DNA from: a virus
Lineage: Duplodnaviria > Caudoviricetes
Direction: 5' to 3' (one strand)
Virus record (IMG/VR): IMGVR_UViG_3300031655_000018
Span: 1 to 36,343 of that record
DNA: 36,343 nt
Shown here: positions 9,341 to 15,723 of the stretch, one piece after another
How positions within the stretch are numbered: the first letter of the stretch is position 1
How the letters are laid out: each line of letters opens with the position of its first letter
Made by a program: the position numbers and the translations under genes
Notes under the pieces: generated by a model
Told to the model about the DNA's origin: nothing
The model's input: only the letters and a program-made list of their open reading frames with translations
Databases searched by the model: none

Positions 9341-9536
9341 CCTCTTCCTCCTCTTCTTCTTCCATATCTTCCTGGGTTATGGGGTGTACGTTTTCTGGTA
9401 GGTACTCCGTGACCTCTGCATAGATAGCCACATCGTCCAACATCTCGTACACCTCAAGGTACGGCTGTTGTCCTAAGTAGGCTGTGATTGCTAATAGTAC
9501 GTCAAGCGGTATTGTTGCTGTGTCTACTGGTGTCAT
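9330..9536 (-). CDS. Small acidic hypothetical protein
   Basis: 68 aa with a poly-Glu tail, AGGAG RBS. Confidence 0.7.
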   Translation of the reverse strand: MTPVDTATIPLDVLLAITAYLGQQPYLEVYEMLDDVAIYAEVTEYLPENVHPITQEDMEEEEEEEEDT

Positions 9537-9546
9537 TCTCTATCTC

Positions 9547-9843
9547 CTATGGTGTTGTGGAGTTGTCTACACTCTTTAAGTCACTTTGTAATCTTTCGAT
9601 GAAAGACTCAGGCCCATCATCACCACTAACCAGCCAATCAATTCTCTGTGCGTAGATGGCCGCCTTTTCTAGTGATTCTAGCCCATCACGGAAGTGCGTT
9701 ATAACTTCTTTACTATAGAAATTCCCTTTCATATTACCCCATTCATCCCGTGTTCTATGTTGATTCGTTATTATAATGTCTCTAACCTCGTCGGCTATGT
9801 CATTAATATGGTGCTGTTTATAATCAAAGTGTCCTCCGCTCAT
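9547..9843 (-). CDS. Conserved phage hypothetical protein
   Basis: MSGGHFDY...IDWLVSGDDG pattern recurrent in phages. Confidence 0.75.
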   Translation of the reverse strand: MSGGHFDYKQHHINDIADEVRDIIITNQHRTRDEWGNMKGNFYSKEVITHFRDGLESLEKAAIYAQRIDWLVSGDDGPESFIERLQSDLKSVDNSTTP

Positions 9844-10110
9844 CTATTCCACTCCCTCTAATGCTGCTTTGAGCCGTTCTAATTCTTCGCTTTCCACTTC
9901 AACGTAACAACCGTCATATGGAAGTAATCGGCTTAACTCGCTATCCACCACAGCCTGTGCAGCCTTCCGCAGATTGGCGTTCTCTGCATCACGCCTAACC
10001 AAGGCTTTCTCGCATGAGTGTCTTAGTGTTCGCTCATGTTCGTGTCCGATAGTCATAAGCCCTAAACACTTTTTCATCTCGTCGCACCTACTACATAAGT
10101 ATACACTCAT
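9844..10110 (-). CDS. Hypothetical protein
   Basis: In-operon ORF with N-terminal CxxC and an ATGA overlap. Confidence 0.65.
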   Translation of the reverse strand: MSVYLCSRCDEMKKCLGLMTIGHEHERTLRHSCEKALVRRDAENANLRKAAQAVVDSELSRLLPYDGCYVEVESEELERLKAALEGVE

Positions 10111-10310
10111 TCCTGCTCTCCTCGGTCAACTGGGAAGTACTCGCTCATAACTTTGCCTGATTCTAGGTCAATAAGCCTCAGCCTATCACCACCTACGGCG
10201 TTTTCTACACTCTCGTCCCAAGCCTCTAGCGCGGACTCCTTACTCTGGAACTGGCGTTTTGCTACGTGCTCGCTCCCCTGAGGGACTAGCGTTATTCGAT
10301 AATGTGACAT
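10107..10310 (-). CDS. Hypothetical protein
   Basis: Start MSHYRITL at a TGATG overlap, GGAAGG RBS. Confidence 0.65.
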   Translation of the reverse strand: MSHYRITLVPQGSEHVAKRQFQSKESALEAWDESVENAVGGDRLRLIDLESGKVMSEYFPVDRGEQE

Positions 10311-10522
10311 CAGCCTTCCTCCTTGTCTATTTCCCATTCCAGGATATCTAGTCCATGCCATAGTTCGAAGTCAAAGTATTCTTTGTCCTGTATTTTCCTG
10401 TCCTCCGCATAGTCCAGCCAACTGACATGGCCAGCTTTGTTAGTGTAGTGCCAAAGCCACTCGGCCTCCTCACGGCTCATTATTATCGTCACTTTATCGT
10501 CTGGTATCTGGGAGATTTCCAT
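10310..10522 (-). CDS. Hypothetical protein
   Basis: In-operon ORF, tightly packed. Confidence 0.65.
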   Translation of the reverse strand: MEISQIPDDKVTIIMSREEAEWLWHYTNKAGHVSWLDYAEDRKIQDKEYFDFELWHGLDILEWEIDKEEG

Positions 10523-10524
10523 GA

Positions 10525-10890
10525 TTAATCCATCCTCACTAGTTGAGTTGTTTCGTCGTCACGTACACACACGAATGCGTACTGGTACATGAGAACTTCT
10601 ACACCTGTGCCATCCATGGTCCACTTCACCATAGGGTCCATAGGCGGGTCCTCTGGGTACCTATACTGGCCGTCCTCTGAGACCTCCCCTTTGCCCCCCT
10701 CAAGCATGTCCAGCGAAGGGAAGCCGTAGCACTCCTGCATCACGTCCATTACCTCTGTGGCCGTTAGGGGCCCACTCAGCGCAGCCTCCTGTACAAAGTA
10801 GGGTATGAGCCCACATGCCGCAAGTAGCTTTTCTTTCTTAATGCCCTCGAATGTGCCGGAAGGGTCTACCTCTGTGGTTACATATCTCAT
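10525..10890 (-). CDS. Hypothetical protein
   Basis: GAGAGG RBS, start MRYVTTE. Confidence 0.7.
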   Translation of the reverse strand: MRYVTTEVDPSGTFEGIKKEKLLAACGLIPYFVQEAALSGPLTATEVMDVMQECYGFPSLDMLEGGKGEVSEDGQYRYPEDPPMDPMVKWTMDGTGVEVLMYQYAFVCVRDDETTQLVRMD

Positions 10891-10891
10891 G

Positions 10892-11293
10892 TTATGTGTT
10901 CCTCTCAATGTGTTCTGAATACAGTTTAGCTATAGTACCTTGAAGGTTTAGCAAGTGTCCACACATTTTCCACTCTTTCCCGTCAAATATCCGTAGTGGT
11001 TCACATATAGCTACCTCAACGTCCTGTTCTGTATTCGGCTCATCGTGTACTGCCAGTATGGCGTATGCGTGCTTTCCTCCAGCCACTATGGCCTTGCATA
11101 GGCCCTCTAGATGCAGACGTTGCCCGAGTGTGAGAGGGGCTCCTCTGCCCTTCATCTCAACAAACACAAAGGTTTTGCCCTGCCAGTCCATCGACACGTC
11201 TATGTCGGTTGGGCTACACTTTCCGTACTTCATTCCATCAAAGGCCAGGATTTGTTTAGCCTTTTCTCTGTTACGTATCAGCTCACTTATCAT
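10892..11293 (-). CDS. Putative PD-(D/E)XK-fold nuclease-like protein
   Basis: PTDID...FVFVEMK...LTLGQ pattern. First gene after the AT-rich intergenic region. Confidence 0.6.
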   Translation of the reverse strand: MISELIRNREKAKQILAFDGMKYGKCSPTDIDVSMDWQGKTFVFVEMKGRGAPLTLGQRLHLEGLCKAIVAGGKHAYAILAVHDEPNTEQDVEVAICEPLRIFDGKEWKMCGHLLNLQGTIAKLYSEHIERNT

Positions 11294-11470
11294 TGTCTCT
11301 ATTTCCTGTTATATAAATTTATGAGTACATATGTGGTCATGTGTAAATACTTTGTTAATTACTTAATGGTTTAAACAAACTCACATATGTGGTTACAGTA
11401 TCATATATATTTTTAAAAGTGTACATATGCTGTCTTTATTGTGAAAATAACCAAATCAAGAAGGTACTTT
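11294..11470 (-). promoter_or_regulatory. AT-rich intergenic control region with ACATATG repeats and promoter(s)
   Basis: Minus strand TGTACA-17-GATACT, also readable as TATG-a-TACTGT. ACATATGTGGT at 11327 and 11383, ACATATG at 11423. Confidence 0.55.
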
Positions 11471-11472
11471 TC

Positions 11473-11637
11473 TCACATTGGTATAAGTTTCTGTACTACC
11501 TGTTTTTTCCATTCCCTTAGGACGTCCTTGCTCGCCGAGGAGCACCTAGCGCATAGGTCTAGGTACTCCCTTGTGGTTTTATCTCTTGACCTTGCCTCGC
11601 GGTCGTTCAGTGACTTGTTGCACGCTGTGCATCTCAT
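11473..11637 (-). CDS. Small zinc-finger protein (54 aa)
   Basis: Translated by hand: MRCTACNKSL...EYLDLCARC (two CxxC). Confidence 0.75.
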   Translation of the reverse strand: MRCTACNKSLNDREARSRDKTTREYLDLCARCSSASKDVLREWKKQVVQKLIPM

Positions 11638-11777
11638 ATCTGTGTCCCCTTGTGTTTTATGTGGCCACGTTTTTGCTTGGCCTTCCTATCAGCGAACGTG
11701 TGAGCTAGGGTGTACGTCCTAGCATGTTTCGCTACCAGATTCCGCCTTGTGTCCTCTTTCTTTCTTTTGTGTCCCAT
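11634..11777 (-). CDS. Small basic hypothetical protein (47 aa)
   Basis: Translated by hand: RNLVAKHAR...DRK...KHKG, a pattern common in phages. GGAG RBS, ATGA overlap. Confidence 0.7.
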   Translation of the reverse strand: MGHKRKKEDTRRNLVAKHARTYTLAHTFADRKAKQKRGHIKHKGTQI

Positions 11778-11892
11778 GAGGGTAGTACTCCGTCCATTTA
11801 GGGTAAAGGTTGTTAATTGCTTCGACTATAATGGCCATATCTTCCTCTGTCCAATAATCAAGCCAATCTGGTCTGTTCTCTTTACTTTTCAT
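11719..11892 (-). CDS. Hypothetical protein (57 aa)
   Basis: Translated by hand: MKSKENRPDWLDYW... TGATG overlap with the sigma-4 gene, but it overlaps the next gene by ~60 nt. Confidence 0.5.
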   Translation of the reverse strand: MKSKENRPDWLDYWTEEDMAIIVEAINNLYPKWTEYYPHGTQKKERGHKAESGSETC

Positions 11893-12086
11893 CACTCCAC
11901 CTCCCGCTCGAAATGCTGTTCCTGTGTGGGCAACAGGTCCTCAAACCCCATGCCACGCTCTGCTAGTGCCTTTTTGAGCTTCCGTAGAGCCCTCTGCTCC
12001 ATTTTACGGGCACCGCTGCGGGTCATACCCATCTCTTGTGCTATCTCCTCATACGTGTGCAGAGGTTCTATATCAAGTAGTTTCAT
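11892..12086 (-). CDS. Stand-alone sigma70 region-4 helix-turn-helix protein
   Basis: HTYEEIAQEMGMTRSGARKMEQRALRKLK parallels sigma70 4.2 (TLEEVG..F.VTRERIRQIEAKALRKLR). Confidence 0.82.
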   Translation of the reverse strand: MKLLDIEPLHTYEEIAQEMGMTRSGARKMEQRALRKLKKALAERGMGFEDLLPTQEQHFEREVE

Positions 12087-12244
12087 TCGTCTTCGCTCCA
12101 AGGTTCAATTGCTTCGTCCATATCTCGGCTGTCTTTTTTCTGCATGTGCCACATTAAAATACCGATTGTGATAGTCACAGGCCACAACAGGACCCCCAAA
12201 GCTATCAGAATCGCCGCGTAGACTATCTCTGCTAGTGCTTTCAT
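12083..12244 (-). CDS. Small membrane protein (53 aa)
   Basis: Translated by hand: MKALAEIVYAAILIALGVLLWPVTITIGILMW... ATGA overlaps at both ends. Confidence 0.7.
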   Translation of the reverse strand: MKALAEIVYAAILIALGVLLWPVTITIGILMWHMQKKDSRDMDEAIEPWSEDE

Positions 12245-12372
12245 ATCTGCCCACCGTTGGGGCCATCATCCCCACCCATTAGTCCTAGTACCACAATAAG
12301 TACAAGTATTCCCACAGGCCAGAAGGCCACACACAGCACCAGTACGGCCGTTATTGCTAGAAAGTTTTTCAT
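12241..12372 (-). CDS. Small membrane protein (43 aa)
   Basis: Translated by hand: MKNFLAITAVLVLCVAFWPVGILVLIVVLGLMGG... GAGGTG RBS, ATGA overlaps. Confidence 0.7.
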   Translation of the reverse strand: MKNFLAITAVLVLCVAFWPVGILVLIVVLGLMGGDDGPNGGQI

Positions 12373-13145
12373 CGGTTCACCTCTGTTTCCGTATTACCAG
12401 AGGCACAGCCTACTTTGTTTTCCCTCAAAATAACAGCACTATTGGCATTATATATTGCCTGTGCCATTCCTCGAGGAGTCAAAGAGCGTATGTACTTTGT
12501 GCGTGCGCCCTTCCCACCTAGCTGTGCGTGCCCAGGAAAAGGGCCTGTTGGTCCTTTCATGTCCTCACGGTCAACCTTTGGCATAACGGCCCCACGCTGG
12601 CACCACAAGCCGGTCTTTTTGCTGTACCAGTCTCCGGCAGGGAATATTCCAGGAAATTCAGGGTGCTTGTCGTCGTGTGGTAGTAGGTAGCTAAACTGCC
12701 ATGGGTGAACGTATCCTGTGGGCTTTTTCCACTGTGTGGCCAATATACTCACAGGGTTTTCTACTATGCTAGGACAAGGCCAAAATTCTACCCGTCTGGC
12801 CATACGTACGGCCAACTCTTGACAGTATGGGTTGGCTTTAAGCTTGCGTTCGAAGTGTGCTGCACCACTAACCGCTAGGTCCGTGCAGGGGGCGAATGAC
12901 AGCACAAAACTAGGTTTATCTAGTCCGAGCTTGTCTAGTGCCGTATTGACCCATAGTGGGGACAATTCACTTTCTAGGCTAATGTTCAGCCTATAGTGCC
13001 CTGTGTGGTCCTGTGTGGTCCTGTGTGCTCCGCTGTGGTCTGTGTCGTCATAGTCTACTGACACACAATTAAACTGGCCAGAGTCTAGCCATGGCGCTAC
13101 AGCGTACGAACTAGAGTTAAACAAGAATAGTATTGTAGGTTTCAT
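12369..13145 (-). CDS. Phage-type DNA (cytosine-5) methyltransferase
   Basis: Catalytic APCT (motif IV), IVENPV (motif VI), KKTGLW, RSLTPRGMA. Degenerate motif I (LFNSSS). Confidence 0.78.
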   Translation of the reverse strand: MKPTILFLFNSSSYAVAPWLDSGQFNCVSVDYDDTDHSGAHRTTQDHTGHYRLNISLESELSPLWVNTALDKLGLDKPSFVLSFAPCTDLAVSGAAHFERKLKANPYCQELAVRMARRVEFWPCPSIVENPVSILATQWKKPTGYVHPWQFSYLLPHDDKHPEFPGIFPAGDWYSKKTGLWCQRGAVMPKVDREDMKGPTGPFPGHAQLGGKGARTKYIRSLTPRGMAQAIYNANSAVILRENKVGCASGNTETEVNR

Positions 13146-13330
13146 TTGTCCCACTCCTCCTGTACGTGTGCCATAGCAACACATAGATTGTCATGTGCCT
13201 CCCGTATAGACTCTGTGGTGCCTGTGTCCCATTCTGCGCGTAGTTCACGGCACGCTATTGCGGCGAGTTTTAAAACTAGCTGTATACTGTACGTTTCGGA
13301 TTCTTGTACGCATTCTGTGTTGTTGTTCAT
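13142..13330 (-). CDS. Hypothetical protein
   Basis: Start MNNNTEC after an AGGGG RBS. ATGA overlap with the methyltransferase gene. Confidence 0.6.
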   Translation of the reverse strand: MNNNTECVQESETYSIQLVLKLAAIACRELRAEWDTGTTESIREAHDNLCVAMAHVQEEWDK

Positions 13331-13334
13331 AGTA

Positions 13335-14171
13335 TTAACCCCTTGCAATAATGTTGTTAAATTCATGTACGTTGTGACGTGTGACAAAAAACGATTGTGA
13401 GCCCTCTGTGGCACGCTGCGCTTTGTTGCTACCTTTGCGTTTCAAATACCCTATGGTGCCGTCAATGTCTAGCGGTCGCAAGTCTGTGGTGTCAAATGAC
13501 GCCATGCCCCACGGTATGTAAACGTTGTCCGAGTCTAGGCCTTTTGTGTTGAACGCTACAGCGATATTATGCCCACGCTCAACTGCTTTGCGTAGTGCTG
13601 CCTTGCTTTGTGTGCTGTACATACTGGCACTGTACGTCACATGGTAGTTGTTTATAGTGGCACTTTTACGTACTAGCGAGAGTACTTTTGTGTAGTCGTA
13701 AAATTCAGACTGTGGCCGCTCTGCTATGATAAGTGTGGTCCAATCTATGTCCGAGGTACCATTGAGGCGAAATAGTGCCGATATACCTGTTTTACGTGCT
13801 CTGCGCTCTGCTTTGTCTATTTCGGACAATAGTGTGGCCTTGAATTCATTTGGACGCAGTAGGAATAGTATTGTGCGCTTTGTTGCTGCACGTTGGCCAG
13901 TGCTCATGCCCAGTTGACCGGATGATATGAGGCAAGGTTTTTCACAACCGGCCGCTTCTGCACCTAGACACAAGGTTTTTGCCGATACTTTCCCCGCCGG
14001 TTGGAGGTACATGATATATGTATCACGTTTGTCTTTGCCCTTTTCAACCTTTTGTGAACTACCAAACAACCGCATTGGTTTATTGAGATACTCTAGGTTC
14101 TCTAGTGCCCACGCTCGGGCGGTGTTTGAAAGTAGTGCTGTGTCGCGTACGTCTTGAATTGAAATTGTCAT
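13335..14171 (-). CDS. GP88-like protein with Cx7Cx3C cluster
   Basis: YLQPA...TLC...GCEKPCL..SG, RLNGTSDIDW, FYDYTK, YHVTYS, D.TDLR.LD motifs. Confidence 0.75.
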   Translation of the reverse strand: MTISIQDVRDTALLSNTARAWALENLEYLNKPMRLFGSSQKVEKGKDKRDTYIMYLQPAGKVSAKTLCLGAEAAGCEKPCLISSGQLGMSTGQRAATKRTILFLLRPNEFKATLLSEIDKAERRARKTGISALFRLNGTSDIDWTTLIIAERPQSEFYDYTKVLSLVRKSATINNYHVTYSASMYSTQSKAALRKAVERGHNIAVAFNTKGLDSDNVYIPWGMASFDTTDLRPLDIDGTIGYLKRKGSNKAQRATEGSQSFFVTRHNVHEFNNIIARG

Positions 14172-14467
14172 TACTTTGATTCCCGTATAATTACTATTAT
14201 ATCGCCTCTGTACAGTACGCGGGCACTAGTGCTCCCCGCCGCCCACGTACGCACCTTTTTAGATTCTAGGTCTATCACCCCACCCTTGCTAGCCACTACC
14301 TTGCGTATCTTTCCTGTGGTGTCCTCTGTGGCGCGTGTGATAGCTATTGTGTCCGTACCTATAGTAACAGTGTACTGTGTGCCAGCGGGCCAGCCTACTG
14401 TATTCAGGGATTCGAGGAATACCCGTGCGCCCTTTGTTGTTGTCGCAATAACTGTGGTGGTTTTCAT
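14171..14467 (-). CDS. Hypothetical beta-rich protein (possible AbrB/SymE-like fold)
   Basis: Start MKTTTVIA at an ATGA overlap. KGARVFLE...GWPAGTQYTV...RKV...VIDL pattern. Confidence 0.6.
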   Translation of the reverse strand: MKTTTVIATTTKGARVFLESLNTVGWPAGTQYTVTIGTDTIAITRATEDTTGKIRKVVASKGGVIDLESKKVRTWAAGSTSARVLYRGDIIVIIRESK

Positions 14468-14793
14468 TTTACTGCCCCTGTGTTTGTGCCCACTAGTGTA
14501 CATATGGACTGTACCAGCGCAGCGTACGATACGGCTACAGTTTGTAGGTGCTCGACGGTACGCATAGCATCGCTGCGTGACATACCCCACTCACGGAGTG
14601 TGTCTCTCATGCGCCCTGTGGTGCCCTGTGTGTCTACTACCATGTCACAGGGAAGCATTGCCCACTCTTCACCGGTAGACTCACAATAGAAGTGTGTGTC
14701 CTCTATGCTTTCAGGCCGCGTGCCCTGTACTACTGTGTCACCTATGTTGTGGCCATGGTGGGATTCGTTGTTGACTACTGTATACACGTACAT
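14464..14793 (-). CDS. Hypothetical protein, first gene of the early operon
   Basis: AGGGA RBS, directly downstream of the consensus sigma70 promoter. Confidence 0.7.
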   Translation of the reverse strand: MYVYTVVNNESHHGHNIGDTVVQGTRPESIEDTHFYCESTGEEWAMLPCDMVVDTQGTTGRMRDTLREWGMSRSDAMRTVEHLQTVAVSYAALVQSICTLVGTNTGAVK

Positions 14794-14828
14794 GGTGTGT
14801 TCCCTGTGGTGATTTGTGTGTGAAGGGC

Positions 14829-14858
14829 ATTATAAGCATCTGTCAATACCTGTGTCAA
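14829..14858 (-). promoter_or_regulatory. Consensus sigma70 early promoter
   Basis: Minus strand TTGACA-18 nt-TATAAT, ~35 nt upstream of the first gene. A second TTGACA lies inside the spacer. Confidence 0.88.
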
Positions 14859-14867
14859 ACAATTAGG

Positions 14868-14887
14868 TACTGTTCATTTGTACAGTA
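14868..14887. promoter_or_regulatory. LexA (SOS) box, CTGT-N8-ACAG type
   Basis: TACTGTTCATTTGTACAGTA has perfect TACTGT/ACAGTA arms, 9 bp upstream of the -35 hexamer. Confidence 0.72.
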
Positions 14888-15020
14888 GTGGGACACAAGT
14901 GTGCTACCTATATAGTAGGCGTGTGCATGTGACACCCCACTACCACAACACAGCGCATATGTATACCCAAGTAGTACGCTTGTATACACAACACCACTAT
15001 GCTAGGAACTATAGATGTAC

Positions 15021-15097
15021 TCCAATGTGGTCCAATGTGGTACCCACACAGGCCCACACTTGTGTCCATCTGTCAACAAAAGAATACAAAAGAATAC
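15021..15097. repeat. Two short tandem duplications
   Basis: TCCAATGTGG x2 (15021-15040) and ACAAAAGAAT x2 plus AC (15076-15097). Confidence 0.85.
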
Positions 15098-15463
15098 ACA
15101 AACATAATAGTATACATACGTGTGCATGTGTGGTACCTATGTGGCATGTGCCCGCACCCCCACCACATAGGTATGCATATGTCAACCCCCTAGTATTTGG
15201 TGTACGTTTGTACAGTGTTGACAACCTATGTGGGGGTGTGGTAGGGGTGTGTGGTGCGAAGGGGGCCGGGGGGTTTATGCACTACTTGAATTTTAGGGGT
15301 AGGCGCACATAAGTACGAGAAGTCATTTTAGAAAAAAGAGTGAATAATGCCATGTATGCTTATAGGTTACGTGTGTTTACCCAGGTTATAACTAAGGGTT
15401 ATAAGGGGCTCCAGTGGACAATCAGGGGGACTAAGGTATACGTATGTATAGTTAAGGCATACA

Positions 15464-15509
15464 TTAGGTCTAATTTATGTTATTTTAGGTCTAATTTATG
15501 TTATTTTAG
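15464..15509. repeat. 21-bp perfect tandem repeat
   Basis: TTAGGTCTAATTTATGTTATT x2 plus TTAG. Confidence 0.92.
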
Positions 15510-15516
15510 TGTAACT

Positions 15517-15547
15517 AGGACACATTTGGAAGAAAGTGTGGTATTAT
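15517..15547 (+). promoter_or_regulatory. Phage-type extended -10 promoter of the packaging operon
   Basis: AGGACACA tttggaag aaaGTGTG g TATTAT. Confidence 0.72.
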
Positions 15548-15723
15548 ATGTGTCATATGATACACGCAGTAACCAAATGAGTCCTAAAGATGTTCTTCTT
15601 AACCCATTTAATATACTTCCTCTAAATCTGTTACTCTCATATTAATACTTTAACAATTAAACAAACAAGGTAGCATAGCGCCACATAAGTTACCACTTGT
15701 GTACCCAATGGGAGAATACACTT

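Noticed and set aside
11383-11400. Additional LexA box in the AT-rich island
   Set aside because: Only one arm (ACAGTA) matches. The other arm, ACAT, is too divergent.
4900-14702. Other minus-strand AGGACACA hits (near 4905, 6812, 11748, 14695)
   Set aside because: They lack GTGTG-N-TAnnnT in register, so they were not counted as promoters.
15021-15509. Short repeats as a CRISPR or mini-array (a Cas4-like gene is present)
   Set aside because: The repeats are tandem with no spacers, and Cas4-like exonucleases are normal in this replication module.
14878-15645. ORFs 14878..15312, 14999..15193, 15009..15224 and 15340..15645
   Set aside because: No RBS, odd composition, and they overlap promoters and tandem repeats. 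The region reads as non-coding.
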